64,000 bases of DNA from Pseudomonadota bacterium (GCA_039193885.1 JBCCWL010000002.1:41854-105853), one strand, 5' to 3'. Counted from the stretch's first letter, positions 1 to 10,750 are shown. Made by a program: numbers and translations. Notes: a model not told the origin generated them from the letters alone.

Positions 1-285
1 CAACCACCCGTCGTGTATCGGGCCTTGGATTTCCTGATCAAACACGGCTTCGCGCACAAATTGGAACGACTCAACGCCTTTGTGGCCTGCAGTCACCCAG
101 GTCAGGACCATGCGCCCGCGTTTCTCATCTGTAACGATTGCGGATCCGTCGCCGAGACGCAGACATCTCCCGAGAAAAGCCAATTGCGCGAAGCGGCCCG
201 CAAAGCTGGCTTCACAGTAGAGGCAACGGTTCTTGAGGCAGACGGTACTTGCCCGCTTTGCACCACAGACGGGTCTCCTGCGTGA
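1..285 (+). CDS. zur: Zur/Fur-family zinc uptake regulator (5' truncated by window edge)
   Basis: PVVYRALDFL helix, CxxC (CNDC) and terminal CPLC; directly upstream of znuCB. Confidence 0.9.
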   Translation, partial: QPPVVYRALDFLIKHGFAHKLERLNAFVACSHPGQDHAPAFLICNDCGSVAETQTSPEKSQLREAARKAGFTVEATVLEADGTCPLCTTDGSPA

Positions 286-992
286 GCCTGATTTCCGCAA
301 AGGGGCTGGCGGTATCTTATGGCGGTCAGACTGCGCTGAAAGGCGTAGATTTTGATCTAAGCCCCGGTGAAATCGTTACTATAGTTGGACCCAACGGATC
401 GGGAAAGTCGACTTTGCTGCGGGCTTTGATAGGTGCGGTCAGCCCAAATGCTGGCGTGGTCACCCGTAAGTCCGGACTTCGCATTGGCTACGTTCCGCAA
501 AACCTTGATATCGACGCGACACTGCCTCTGACGGTCGCGCGTTTTCTGCGTCTGACCGCAAGACTATCGTCAGAAAAGCTGGGCCAGGCTCTCAAATCCG
601 CCGGCGTTCCAGAAATCGCATCTCAACAAATGTCGACCTTGTCCGGCGGTCAGTTCCAACGTGTCTTGCTCGCGCGTGCGCTTCTAGAAGCGCCGCATGT
701 CCTGATCCTCGACGAAGCGACGCAAGGTCTAGATCAGCCAGGCTCGGCTGCGTTCTACCGACAGATCGAACAGGTTCGCACTGAAATTGGCTGCGCAGTC
801 ATACTGGTTAGCCATGAGCTTCATGTGGTCATGAGCGCATCGGACAGGGTTATTTGTCTCAACGGGCATATCTGCTGTCATGGCACGCCTGACGTTGTGG
901 CATCGGCACCAGAATACCGTGCCCTCTTCGGCAAGGGCACCGATGGTGCCTTGGCGTTGTACCGTCACGATCACCAGGGCCACACCCACTGA
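282..992 (+). CDS. znuC: Zinc ABC transporter ATP-binding protein
   Basis: GPNGSGKST, LSGGQ, ILDE, CLNGHICCHG and His-rich tail; GTG start overlaps the zur stop (GTGA). Confidence 0.92.
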   Translation: MSLISAKGLAVSYGGQTALKGVDFDLSPGEIVTIVGPNGSGKSTLLRALIGAVSPNAGVVTRKSGLRIGYVPQNLDIDATLPLTVARFLRLTARLSSEKLGQALKSAGVPEIASQQMSTLSGGQFQRVLLARALLEAPHVLILDEATQGLDQPGSAAFYRQIEQVRTEIGCAVILVSHELHVVMSASDRVICLNGHICCHGTPDVVASAPEYRALFGKGTDGALALYRHDHQGHTH

Positions 993-1783
993 TGCTGGAC
1001 GATTTCCTGGTCCGAGCGGCGTTGGCCGGGATTGGAACAGCGCTGGCTGCGGCCCCATTGGGATGTTTTGTGGTTTGGCGTCGGATGGCTTATTTCGGCG
1101 ATGCGACAGCGCATGCTGCCATACTTGGTGTTGCCCTTGCGCTTGCCTTCTCAATGTCGGTGTTTCTGGGCGCTCTGATCGTCGCCGTTTTGATGGGCGC
1201 AGCGGTATCGACCTTGTCCGGGCGCGCCTATGCGTTGGATACTCTACTGGGCGTACTGGCCCATTCCGCCTTGGCCTTCGGGATTGTGACAGCCTCCATG
1301 CTGAGCAACATGCGGATCGACCTGATGGCTTATCTGTTCGGTGATATCCTCGCGGTCAGCCGCGTGGATCTGCTGGTGATCTGGTGCGGCGTCGCAGCCG
1401 TTCTGGCGCTTGTCGTTTGGCGGTGGCGGCCGCTTCTACTTACAACCCTAAGCCCGGATCTGGCCTATGCCCAAGGGTTCGACCCACGGCGCGAGCAGCT
1501 TATTTTGACACTGGCCCTCGCGGTCACCGTCGCGGTAGCGCTGAAGGTGATCGGCGCTTTGCTGATCTCGTCTATGCTGATTATCCCCGCAGCGACCGCG
1601 CGACCTTTCGCGGCCACCCCTGAACGGATGGCGTTCATTGCAATGGGCATCGGCATCCTATCGGCGCTCGGCGGTCTTCAGGGCTCGCTTTGGCTGGATA
1701 CGCCCACCGGTCCCACGATCGTATGTGTTGCGGCGATCTTTTTCGCTGTCTCTGTGGTGTCGAGACGATTCCTCAACACCTAG
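992..1783 (+). CDS. znuB: Zinc ABC transporter permease
   Basis: GCFVVWRRMAYFGDATAH and YLFGDIL motifs; TGATG coupling. Confidence 0.92.
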   Translation: MLDDFLVRAALAGIGTALAAAPLGCFVVWRRMAYFGDATAHAAILGVALALAFSMSVFLGALIVAVLMGAAVSTLSGRAYALDTLLGVLAHSALAFGIVTASMLSNMRIDLMAYLFGDILAVSRVDLLVIWCGVAAVLALVVWRWRPLLLTTLSPDLAYAQGFDPRREQLILTLALAVTVAVALKVIGALLISSMLIIPAATARPFAATPERMAFIAMGIGILSALGGLQGSLWLDTPTGPTIVCVAAIFFAVSVVSRRFLNT

Positions 1784-3510
1784 CTCGCGATCGCCCCAAG
1801 CGAGGGCGTCTCTGCCAGCAAAGTTCGGGCATAGTCGTGGCGCGGTCCGGCAAAAAACGCTTCCGCGTCCCGCTCTTCAACCAACTCCCCGTTTCGAAGC
1901 ACGGCAACTTGATCGGACATCTGCCGTACCACCGCAAGGTTGTGGCTTATGAAGAGAATTGACAGGCCGAACCGCGCCTGCAGATCTTTCAGTAGGTTCA
2001 GGATTTGCGCCTGGATCGAGACATCCAAGGCCGACGTCGGCTCATCACAAATCAGGAATTCGGGCCGTGCGACCAGAGCGCGGGCCACCGCTATCCTTTG
2101 GCGCTGACCTCCCGAAAACTGATGCGGATACTTCAACATGGCACGTTGCGGCATCTCTACCAGCTCCAAGATAGAGGCCACGATGCGCCGCCGTTCCGCC
2201 CGATCTTTGGCCAACCCAAAGAACCGGATGGGCTCCCCAATGATATCTTCGATCTTGCGCCGATTGTTGAGCGACGAATACGGATCCTGAAACACCATCT
2301 GTATCTTGCGCCGAGCCGGATGATGGCGGCCACGGTCGCGCCCGTACGGCAGCGGTTCTCCCATGAACTGCATCTCACCAACTGAGGGACGGACCAGCCC
2401 CACAATGGATTTCGCAAGCGTGGATTTGCCGGAGCCGCTTTCGCCGATCACACCCAGAACCTGACCGGGTTGAACATCGAGATTGATCGACTTCAGCGCC
2501 TTGAATCCCTCTTGCTTGCCCCAACCGAAGGGCCGTTTTGAATGAAAGACAACGTCGAGATCCTTGACCGAAAGGACCGGGCCATCTGTTTCGCTTTGAC
2601 GATCTCCCTTCAAAAGCCAGTCCGTGGCAAACTCATCTGACGCGCCTTCCACTTTCCAGGCCAGCTCGGGCGTCGAAAGCTCCGGCTCATCGGTCATGAT
2701 GTTGGAAAAGCGCTCAAGCCGTTCGTCAAGGCGTGGCACGGCGGCCATCAATGCCCGCGTGTAGGCATGCTCAGGCGCACCCAAAACCTGTATTGTGGTG
2801 CCGCGTTCCATCAGTTTGCCGCCACGTAGGACCGAAACCGTGTCGGTAATCTCGGCAATAACTCCGATGTCATGAGTGATCAAAATAAACCCAACGCGCC
2901 GGTCCTTTGCAAGACGTCGGATCAGCTCAAGTATCTGTTTTTGTATCGACACATCCAGTGCGGTCGTTGGCTCATCTGCGATGATCAGATCAGGGTTCGT
3001 GCAAAGAGCCAACGCAATGACGACCCGCTGCCGCATCCCGCCCGAAAACTGATGCGGATACTCCGACATGCGCGCCTTGGCATCGCGAATTCCAGTTTCT
3101 TCAAGCAGGCTTATGGCCTGGGCATGCGCTTGCTCATAAGTGGCATCGGAATGCTGGCGGATCGTTTCTACCATTTGATCAGCGATTGTGAGAAGCGGGT
3201 TCAACGACGTTTGTGGATCCTGGAAAATCATCGAGATTTTCGCACCGCGCAACTTGTGGTAGGCGGCGCGGTCGAGCGTTTTCAAACTCTCGCCATGCAG
3301 CTTCACATCGCCTGTCGCGATATAGCCAGGGCTACCGATTAGACCAATGATTGCGGCCCCGATCGTCGACTTGCCAGCACCAGATTCGCCCACCAGCCCG
3401 TGAATCTCCCCAGGCTCAAGCGACAAGTTAATCCCGTCGATTGCGATAAAATCCCCAAACCGCGTCGGGTAAATTACCGAAAGGTCCGACACATCCAGAA
3501 GCGATCCCAT
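1780..3510 (-). CDS. Dipeptide/oligopeptide-family ABC ATP-binding protein, fused two-domain DppD/F type
   Basis: Two GESGxGKST and YPHQFSGG domains; ATG at 3510 coupled to the upstream permease stop. Confidence 0.88.
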   Translation of the reverse strand: MGSLLDVSDLSVIYPTRFGDFIAIDGINLSLEPGEIHGLVGESGAGKSTIGAAIIGLIGSPGYIATGDVKLHGESLKTLDRAAYHKLRGAKISMIFQDPQTSLNPLLTIADQMVETIRQHSDATYEQAHAQAISLLEETGIRDAKARMSEYPHQFSGGMRQRVVIALALCTNPDLIIADEPTTALDVSIQKQILELIRRLAKDRRVGFILITHDIGVIAEITDTVSVLRGGKLMERGTTIQVLGAPEHAYTRALMAAVPRLDERLERFSNIMTDEPELSTPELAWKVEGASDEFATDWLLKGDRQSETDGPVLSVKDLDVVFHSKRPFGWGKQEGFKALKSINLDVQPGQVLGVIGESGSGKSTLAKSIVGLVRPSVGEMQFMGEPLPYGRDRGRHHPARRKIQMVFQDPYSSLNNRRKIEDIIGEPIRFFGLAKDRAERRRIVASILELVEMPQRAMLKYPHQFSGGQRQRIAVARALVARPEFLICDEPTSALDVSIQAQILNLLKDLQARFGLSILFISHNLAVVRQMSDQVAVLRNGELVEERDAEAFFAGPRHDYARTLLAETPSLGAIAS

Positions 3511-4430
3511 CACCGCAACCTCGGGTTGAAAACGGTGCGGAAGAAATCCCCAAGGATGTTCACCGAAATAATCAAAACGATCAGGCTCATCGACGGGAAG
3601 ATCACAATCCACCACTCCCCCGAGAAGATGTATTCCGTCCCAATTCTAATGAGTGTTCCCAGCGACGGCGTATTGGCAGGCACCCCGACGCCCAGAAAAC
3701 TCAATGTCGCTTCGAGTAAAATTGCCACCGCCAGGTCAATCGTCCCGATCACCATGAGCGGCCCAAGGATGTTGGGCAAGATCGCAACGAGCATGATCCA
3801 CACTGGATGCAGCCCCATAATCTCGGCCGCCTGGACATATTCCTTGTTGCGTTCGACAAAGGTGGAGGCCCGGGCCGTTCGCGCGAAATTCACCCAGAGA
3901 GACAAGCCGATCGCAACTGTCAAAACAGCGAGCTGCAAATCCTCATGCTGATCGCGTGGCAGCAATCCCCGTGTCACCCCATCAACCAGCAATGCCGTCA
4001 AAATGGCAGGCAGGCTCAACTGAACATCCGCAATGCGCATCACCACAGCATCGAACCTGCCGCCGAAATACCCCGCGGCCAAACCCAGTGTGGTCCCCAG
4101 AACGGCAGCAAAGACAACAGAAGATAGGCCAATCAGAAGCGACAGTCGGGTACCGTACAGAATCGACGACAAAAGATCGCGCCCCTGATCATCGGTTCCA
4201 ATGAAAAATCGCGGCTCGCCGCCGTCACTCCAGGCAGGGGGCAGGAAGCTGTCCAACAGATCGAAGCTCGTCAGATCATAAGGATCAGACGGCGCGATCA
4301 GTGGGGCCAAGAACGCTCCGCACACAGAAAGCGTCGCAATGACTGCGGCCACTTGGGTCACCGGCGAGCGCAGGAACAGGTAGATCAACTCATTTTCAAT
4401 GCGCGCGCGCCGCCACCATTCCAGCATCAT
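3510..4430 (-). CDS. Family-5 ABC permease (DppC-like)
   Basis: GTDDQGRDLLS, EYVQAA, EATLSFLGVG motifs. Confidence 0.9.
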   Translation of the reverse strand: MMLEWWRRARIENELIYLFLRSPVTQVAAVIATLSVCGAFLAPLIAPSDPYDLTSFDLLDSFLPPAWSDGGEPRFFIGTDDQGRDLLSSILYGTRLSLLIGLSSVVFAAVLGTTLGLAAGYFGGRFDAVVMRIADVQLSLPAILTALLVDGVTRGLLPRDQHEDLQLAVLTVAIGLSLWVNFARTARASTFVERNKEYVQAAEIMGLHPVWIMLVAILPNILGPLMVIGTIDLAVAILLEATLSFLGVGVPANTPSLGTLIRIGTEYIFSGEWWIVIFPSMSLIVLIISVNILGDFFRTVFNPRLR

Positions 4431-5404
4431 CCGGCCTCCGGGGAGATACGGACCCTGGGGTCAATGACGAAGTATAGGATGTCGACGATCAGATTGATGA
4501 TCACGAATATCAAAGCGATGATAACCAGGTAGACAGACATCACCGGAATATCGACATATTTGATACTGTCGAGAAAAAGCAGCCCCATTCCTGGCCATTG
4601 GAATACGCTTTCAGTGACAATCGAAAACGCAATGATCCCACCAAACTGCAACCCGATAATGGTCACCACCGGCACCATGGAGTTCTTCAACGCGTGCCGG
4701 TAATGGACGGAGCGATAATCGATGCCGCGTGCGACGGCGAACTTGATGAAATCCGTGTTCATCACATCCTGCATTTCCGATCGCACGAGCCGCATCGTCA
4801 AAGTCAGTTGGTAAATTCCCAATGTCAGCGCCGGCAGGATCAAGGCCCTGAGCCCATCCAGCGTCAGGAAATTTGTGGTCCACCAACCCAGTGAGACGGT
4901 ATCTCCCCGTCCAAATGTCGGCAACCAGCCCAGCTGCACGCCAAAGACATAAATCAAAAAGATACCGATCACGAAGGTCGGAATAGACACGCCAATTAAC
5001 GTCGTTATCAATATCGAATTCGCAATTACGCCATCACTGCGCAGCGCTGTGTAAATACCTGCCGGAATTCCCACGATCAGCGAGATAAGAAGTGAGACAA
5101 ACCCTAACTCCAACGTGGCGGGCATACGCGACAAAATCATCTCACCGATGGGCTGTCGGGTCCGGTAGGAGAACCCGAAATCCCCCGTCACCAGATTTCC
5201 TATGAACCTTGTAAACTGGGTCCAAACCGGATCGTTCAGCCCCAGCTGTTCGCGCAATCTTTCCTGATCCTCGATCGACGTTTCCTGCCCAACCATGACC
5301 GCGACAGGGTCCCCGACGAAGCGAAACAGCAAAAATGCCAATAGGCTAACCGCCAACATCACAAAGATGGATTGAATTAGCCGACGTAAAATAAATGTCG
5401 TCAA
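4427..5404 (-). CDS. Family-5 ABC permease (DppB-like)
   Basis: FILRRLIQ, GDFGFSY, ESVFQWPGMG; likely TTG start at 5404. Confidence 0.88.
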   Translation of the reverse strand: MTTFILRRLIQSIFVMLAVSLLAFLLFRFVGDPVAVMVGQETSIEDQERLREQLGLNDPVWTQFTRFIGNLVTGDFGFSYRTRQPIGEMILSRMPATLELGFVSLLISLIVGIPAGIYTALRSDGVIANSILITTLIGVSIPTFVIGIFLIYVFGVQLGWLPTFGRGDTVSLGWWTTNFLTLDGLRALILPALTLGIYQLTLTMRLVRSEMQDVMNTDFIKFAVARGIDYRSVHYRHALKNSMVPVVTIIGLQFGGIIAFSIVTESVFQWPGMGLLFLDSIKYVDIPVMSVYLVIIALIFVIINLIVDILYFVIDPRVRISPEAG

Positions 5405-5615
5405 TTGCGCCCCCGGATTTGGTGTCACTGTGAACGCTTCGCACCAGGATTTCGAGTCCCAATACGCGTATTGTCCTGAACGGGTCATCACGTTTTTCTC
5501 CGCTGTCTTCGGACCGTTAGACTCGGCTGCGACTTCGCACTACTGTTTGAAAGGGAGGGCTGCGGCGGTGATTAGGCTGGGGCCAGATATTTCAACGACC
5601 AAATGGAGACAAACC

Positions 5616-7187
5616 ATGAAGACTGTCACCGGGGGAGCTCTGAGTGCGCTCCTAATCAGCGTATCCATGACGAGCTTACAAGCCGAGACATTTCGCTGGG
5701 CCAATGCCACAGACCCGCAAACTATGGACCCGCATGCCGTAAACTCAGCTCCGGTTTTGGGTTTTCTGAACAACGTCTACGAAGGGCTGGTTCGCCGCAA
5801 CAAAGAGATGAAGATAGAAGGATCTTTGGCCGAAAGCTGGGAGCCGCTTGGCAATGACGGCTGGCGGTTCAATTTACGCCAAGGGGTTACGTATCACGAT
5901 GGGTCTGAATTCACTGCGGAGGACGTCCTATTCTCCTACCAGCGGGCCAGTTCTGAAGAGGCGGACGTCCGGTCATGGTTTGCACCGGTCTCAGACGTCG
6001 TTGTTCAAGACGACTACACGATCGACTTTATGACCAGTGCGCCGAACCCGCTGTTTCCGGACTCAATCGCCAATTTCATGATCATGGATAAAGGTTGGAC
6101 CGAAGCGAATGACGCAGCCCTCCCGGCCAAGGACGCCGAGAATTTCGCGACCCGCAACGCAAATGGCACTGGGCCATTCGTTCTCGCGTCTCGCGACCCG
6201 TCGGTCCGGACGACACTGACGCCAAACGCTGCGTGGTGGGACGAGATGGAAAGCAATATCAGCGAAGCCATCTTCACGCCAATTGGTGAGGCCTCAACTG
6301 GGATTGCGGCGTTGCTATCGGGTGAGATCGACTTCATCGAGCCAATTCCGCTTCAGGACGTCCCGCGCCTTAAGCAGACCGATGGCTTTACCGTGCATGA
6401 AGGGGTCGAAGCACGCGTCTTGATGTTCGGTTTTGCGCTGGATTCGGACGCGCTTAAGTATTCCGACGAAACATCTGACAAGAACCCATTCCTTGATCCG
6501 AATGTGCGCCGCGCAGTCTATCAAGCCATCGACGTGGATGCTTTGACAAGCCGGATCATGCGGGGCACAGCCGAGCCGGTCTCGCAACTGGTTTCAAAGG
6601 AAATGAAAGGCTTTTCGACATCACTGGCTGATCGTCTGCCCTTTGATCCGGATGGCGCCAAATCGCTTCTCGCTGAGGCCGGATACCCAGACGGGTTCTC
6701 CTTCGGCCTGATGTGCCCGAATGACCGCTACATCAATGATGAGGCGATCTGCAGAGCGGCGGCCTCGATGCTGGCAAAGATCGGCATTGATGCGAAACTG
6801 ACCGCGATGCCGGTGCGCAACTACTGGGAAGAACTCCGGGCTGATAATTTTGATATGTATCTGCTGGGCTGGTCGCCAGGCACATTTGATGCCGAGCACC
6901 CGCTGCGTTTCCTGGCCTCGACCCCAAACACCGAAAAGAAACTGGGATCGTGGAATTTCGCCGGCTATTCAAACGCACGCGTCGACGAGCTGCTGCCGAT
7001 GATCCAGACCGAGATCGACGCAGAAAAACGCCAAGGTTTGATCGATGAGGCGCATAAGATTCTGCAGGATGAAGTGGCCTACGTGCCGATGTATGTGCAG
7101 CCATTGATCTGGGCGACGAAAGACAGCGTCTCCCTGACACAACGTACGGATAACTTCTTTATCCTGCGTTGGGTCACCGTGAACTGA
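5616..7187 (+). CDS. Family-5 ABC substrate-binding protein
   Basis: Signal peptide, TMDPH, VYEGLV, FNLRQGVTYHDG, GTGPF; GGAGA RBS before the ATG. Confidence 0.9.
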   Translation: MKTVTGGALSALLISVSMTSLQAETFRWANATDPQTMDPHAVNSAPVLGFLNNVYEGLVRRNKEMKIEGSLAESWEPLGNDGWRFNLRQGVTYHDGSEFTAEDVLFSYQRASSEEADVRSWFAPVSDVVVQDDYTIDFMTSAPNPLFPDSIANFMIMDKGWTEANDAALPAKDAENFATRNANGTGPFVLASRDPSVRTTLTPNAAWWDEMESNISEAIFTPIGEASTGIAALLSGEIDFIEPIPLQDVPRLKQTDGFTVHEGVEARVLMFGFALDSDALKYSDETSDKNPFLDPNVRRAVYQAIDVDALTSRIMRGTAEPVSQLVSKEMKGFSTSLADRLPFDPDGAKSLLAEAGYPDGFSFGLMCPNDRYINDEAICRAAASMLAKIGIDAKLTAMPVRNYWEELRADNFDMYLLGWSPGTFDAEHPLRFLASTPNTEKKLGSWNFAGYSNARVDELLPMIQTEIDAEKRQGLIDEAHKILQDEVAYVPMYVQPLIWATKDSVSLTQRTDNFFILRWVTVN

Positions 7188-7196
7188 CGATGGCCT

Positions 7197-7218
7197 GGGT
7201 GGCTCATCAGAGCCACCC
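7197..7218 (+). terminator. Stem-loop after the SBP gene (terminator or mRNA stabiliser)
   Basis: GGGTGGCTC-ATCA-GAGCCACCC perfect stem followed by a pyrimidine-rich tract. Confidence 0.6.
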
Positions 7219-7245
7219 ACCATCCTCTTCCTTTACGGTATTCCC

Positions 7246-7881
7246 TTGAAATTTGACGTCCAACTGATCCGGGATCTGAAAGCCCGTCTCTCTACGCTGT
7301 CGAACGCGTCCCGGCGAGACAGAATACTGATTGCTGTGGCTGGCCCCCCGGCAAGCGGGAAATCGACACTGGCTGAGGTGATAGCAGGCGAACTTACAGC
7401 CCATGGGCACCAAGTCGCAGTGGTGCCAATGGATGGGTTTCATCTTGACAATGCAATACTTGAAGATCGGGACTTAATGTCCCGAAAGGGTGCACCGGAA
7501 ACCTTCGACGCAACCGGATTTTTGGCGCTGGTCAAGACCCTTAAAAAAGGTGGGGCGACAACCTATCCGATCTTTGACCGCGCCAATGATCGCACGATCG
7601 AGGCCGGCGCCAGGCTTGGTGCCGACGTCGACGTGGTATTGTGCGAGGGCAACTATTTGTTGCTCGATGAGCCGCTCTGGCGAGACCTGGCCACCTATTG
7701 GGACATCTCGATTTGGGCTGACGTACCCAAAGAGGTCCTAAAAGAACGCCTGATCGAACGATGGATCACGCACGGATTCGATACCAATTCGGCAACCGAA
7801 AAGGCGCTCTCAAACGATATCCCAAATGGGATCCGGGCGATTGAAAACCGGATGCCTGCTGATCTTGTCGCGCGAAACTAA
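7246..7881 (+). CDS. P-loop kinase, FrcK/YggC (pantothenate/uridine kinase-like) family
   Basis: IAVAGPPASGKST, PMDGFH, RKGAPETFD, EGNYLLL. Confidence 0.82.
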   Translation: MKFDVQLIRDLKARLSTLSNASRRDRILIAVAGPPASGKSTLAEVIAGELTAHGHQVAVVPMDGFHLDNAILEDRDLMSRKGAPETFDATGFLALVKTLKKGGATTYPIFDRANDRTIEAGARLGADVDVVLCEGNYLLLDEPLWRDLATYWDISIWADVPKEVLKERLIERWITHGFDTNSATEKALSNDIPNGIRAIENRMPADLVARN

Positions 7882-7933
7882 GCGGTTGGATATTTTTCAC
7901 GCGGAGACCGATCAGACCGCATGAAACAAAGAC

Positions 7934-8242
7934 CTAGGGCGCTTCCAAAACGTGGATCGCCCGGTTCGCCAATAACGGTCCTACCCGCTCACCAAATGCG
8001 ACCATATGTGGCGCAGTGCGATGGGCTTCCAGATGATCCGCGCTGCTCCATTCTTCCACGACCACAATCACGTCATCGCCCTGCGGAGCCGTGCTGCCCG
8101 GATGATCAATGGCCGGGACGTAAGTGACGCAACCGTCTTCCGCCAATACAGCCGGCAGATTCTCGGCAAATGCCGACAGGATCTCAGCGCGCCGGCCCGG
8201 CTTCGCCGTTAATACGGCCATGACATAGACAGGTTTACTCAT
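7934..8242 (-). CDS. Antibiotic biosynthesis monooxygenase (YgiN-like quinol monooxygenase)
   Basis: AKPG, AEDGC, EEWSSADHLEAH, PHM; 102 aa. Confidence 0.85.
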   Translation of the reverse strand: MSKPVYVMAVLTAKPGRRAEILSAFAENLPAVLAEDGCVTYVPAIDHPGSTAPQGDDVIVVVEEWSSADHLEAHRTAPHMVAFGERVGPLLANRAIHVLEAP

Positions 8243-8254
8243 AAATCCTCCATA

Positions 8255-9673
8255 CTATTCTGGACGCATAGCCCACGGCCCGTGATAGTCCTTGCCGTCG
8301 CGATCGGTGCGCTCGAACCCATGCGCACCAAAGAAATCCCGTTGTGCCTGGATCATATTCGCGGTCGACCGACCGGTGCGCATCGCGTCAAAATAGCTCA
8401 AAGCAGAGGCCAATGCAGGTACAATGTGGCCATGAGAGATTGCTTGGGCAACGACCGTTCGAAGATGGCCGATATTAGCTTCAATACGCTGCGCAAAAAA
8501 TGGGGCCAGCATCATGTTTTGACCCGGATGCGCTGCCAAGGCATCGGCCATATCGTTGAGCATGGATGACCGAATAATGCAGCCCTCGCGCCAAACTTCG
8601 GCAATCTGAGGCATTGGCAAGTCCCATCCGAAAGCTTCGCTGGCCTTGTTGAGCAATTCAAAACCTTGCGCGTAGCACAAGATCTTGCCTGCAATCAGCG
8701 CACCTTCCAGATCAGCAATACTCAAACTGCCCGCAGGCAAACTCATCGGGGCTGCACCGAACTTGTCTTCGCCCACCAATCGAACCTGTTTTTGAGCCGA
8801 GATATTTCGCGACGCAACTGCCGCTTCAATCACAGGGATCGGTGCCCCAAGATGTTGCGCTTCGATCGCCGTCCAGCGACCTGTGCCTTTTTGACCCGCC
8901 CGATCGCCGATGATATCGAGCATTGCATGACCCGTTTCGGGATCTTCGGTCTGGCCGATCTTGCCCGAAATCTCAATCAGGTACGAGCTAAGCACCCCTT
9001 CGTTCCAGGCCAGAAATGTCTCACCACATTGCACGGCCTGCATCGCCAAACCATCGCGCATCACGCCATAGGCTTCGGCGATAATCTGCATATCTGCGTA
9101 CTCGATGCCGTTGTGAACCGCCTTGACGAAATGGCCCGCTCCACCGGCCCCCATCCACGTCGCGCAGGGATTACCATCGTAGCGAGCCGCAATTGCCTCA
9201 AGAATATCAGACACCCGTGCCCAGCTTTCCTGAGAGCCACCACCCATGATGGACGGGCCATGACGGGCCCCCTCCTCACCGCCAGACACGCCAATGCCCA
9301 AGAATGGCACGCCGTCCTGCGTAGCGGTCGCGGCTCTACGCTCGGTGTCGCGAAAATTGGCATTGCCGGCGTCGATGATCAGATCATCGTCGTCTAAAAG
9401 CGGACGAAGGGCAGCGATCTGTTGGTCGACGGCCTCGCCCGCAGGCACCATAAGGATAATTGCCCGCGGGCTTTCGATTGCGGCGACCAACTCCTCAAGC
9501 GTTTCAGTGGCGGTCAGTTGCGCGGCAAGATCACCAGCTGAGCCAAGGAATTTATGGGTGGTCGCTGTGGTCCTGTTGAATACAGCGATCGGAAAACCCT
9601 TCTCGGCGATGTTGAGGGCCAACATTGCCCCCATTGTCCCCAAACCGATCAGGCCAATTCTTGCTTTTGCCAT
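8255..9673 (-). CDS. gndA: 6-phosphogluconate dehydrogenase, decarboxylating, NADP-dependent
   Basis: GLIGLGTMG, GVSGGEEGA, VHNGIEY, GQKGTGRWT, IQAQRDFFGAH. Confidence 0.95.
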   Translation of the reverse strand: MAKARIGLIGLGTMGAMLALNIAEKGFPIAVFNRTTATTHKFLGSAGDLAAQLTATETLEELVAAIESPRAIILMVPAGEAVDQQIAALRPLLDDDDLIIDAGNANFRDTERRAATATQDGVPFLGIGVSGGEEGARHGPSIMGGGSQESWARVSDILEAIAARYDGNPCATWMGAGGAGHFVKAVHNGIEYADMQIIAEAYGVMRDGLAMQAVQCGETFLAWNEGVLSSYLIEISGKIGQTEDPETGHAMLDIIGDRAGQKGTGRWTAIEAQHLGAPIPVIEAAVASRNISAQKQVRLVGEDKFGAAPMSLPAGSLSIADLEGALIAGKILCYAQGFELLNKASEAFGWDLPMPQIAEVWREGCIIRSSMLNDMADALAAHPGQNMMLAPFFAQRIEANIGHLRTVVAQAISHGHIVPALASALSYFDAMRTGRSTANMIQAQRDFFGAHGFERTDRDGKDYHGPWAMRPE

Positions 9674-9721
9674 AGAGACTATTCTCCCGTTTGAAATCTG
9701 CGACAGTGGCGTCGCGACGCG

Positions 9722-10750
9722 TTAGACTTGCAGCTGGACTTTCATCGCCTGGCTGCGATCCCCGGCCATTTCAAAAGCAGAAACCGGATCATCGAATGCG
9801 AAACTATGAGTGTGCAGCGGCGCAACGTCGATCAATCCTTTGCGCATCAAAATCACTGCTGTCTCGAACTCTGCGTGAAACCTGAAAGACCCCCGCAAGG
9901 TCAACTCCTTTGCGGTAAGTGCTTGGACCGGAACAGTCATGTCGCCGCCCAGGCCAAGCTGAACGATAATACCGCCCGGCCGCAACGCCGAGATCCCAGC
10001 GGCCAAGGCGGGTGCCGCGCCCGAACATTCAAACAAGACATCAACAGATCCCTTGCCGGCACTGTAGGAACTCAGCCCGTCGGGATCTTTCAGCATGTTC
10101 ACGGTAACGTCGGCCCCAACCTCTTTGGCTTTGGAGAGCGGGAAATCAGCCAGGTCCGTGACTATAATTTCGCTCGCACCCGCACGGCGCGCCGCGAGAA
10201 TACACAAGGCGCCAATCGGTCCGCAGCCAGTGATCAGGACCGACTTTCCAACCAAATCTCCGGCTTGGTGAACGGCGTGCAGACAGACTGCCAAAGGCTC
10301 CGCCATTGCAGCATGTGCGGGGTCCATACCGTCCGCTGAGACACATTGGTCAACATCGGCGACGATCATCTCCCGAAACGCGCCCTGGATATGGGGAAAC
10401 GGCATAGCGCTGCCATAAAAGCGCATATTCTCGCAATGGTTGGGTTGGCCACGCAGGCAATACTGGCACGACCGGCACGGACGCGACGGTGACACCGCGA
10501 CCAGTTCGCCAACTTGCAAGTGATCAACACCCTCGCCCAGCGCTCTGACCCGTCCTGCAACTTCGTGCCCCAGGATCATCGGCTCTTTCAAACGCACCGC
10601 GCCAAAGCCGCCGTGATTGTAATAGTGCAGATCCGATCCGCATATCCCACCCGATGCCAAAGCCACCAAAACTTCGTTCGGGCCTGGGTCACGCACCGTC
10701 GTTGCTTCAACCCGCAGGTCCTTTGCCGCGTGGGCTACGATCGATCTCAT
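9722..10750 (-). CDS. idnD: L-idonate 5-dehydrogenase (Zn-MDR)
   Basis: GGICGSDLHYY, ILGHE, MRFYGSAMPFPHIQG, LRGSFRF; RBS before the ATG at 10750. Confidence 0.85.
   Translation of the reverse strand: MRSIVAHAAKDLRVEATTVRDPGPNEVLVALASGGICGSDLHYYNHGGFGAVRLKEPMILGHEVAGRVRALGEGVDHLQVGELVAVSPSRPCRSCQYCLRGQPNHCENMRFYGSAMPFPHIQGAFREMIVADVDQCVSADGMDPAHAAMAEPLAVCLHAVHQAGDLVGKSVLITGCGPIGALCILAARRAGASEIIVTDLADFPLSKAKEVGADVTVNMLKDPDGLSSYSAGKGSVDVLFECSGAAPALAAGISALRPGGIIVQLGLGGDMTVPVQALTAKELTLRGSFRFHAEFETAVILMRKGLIDVAPLHTHSFAFDDPVSAFEMAGDRSQAMKVQLQV

Noticed and set aside
1780-1783. Convergent overlap of znuB and ABC ATPase stop codons (CTAG)
   Set aside because: Common compact arrangement; no evidence of function.
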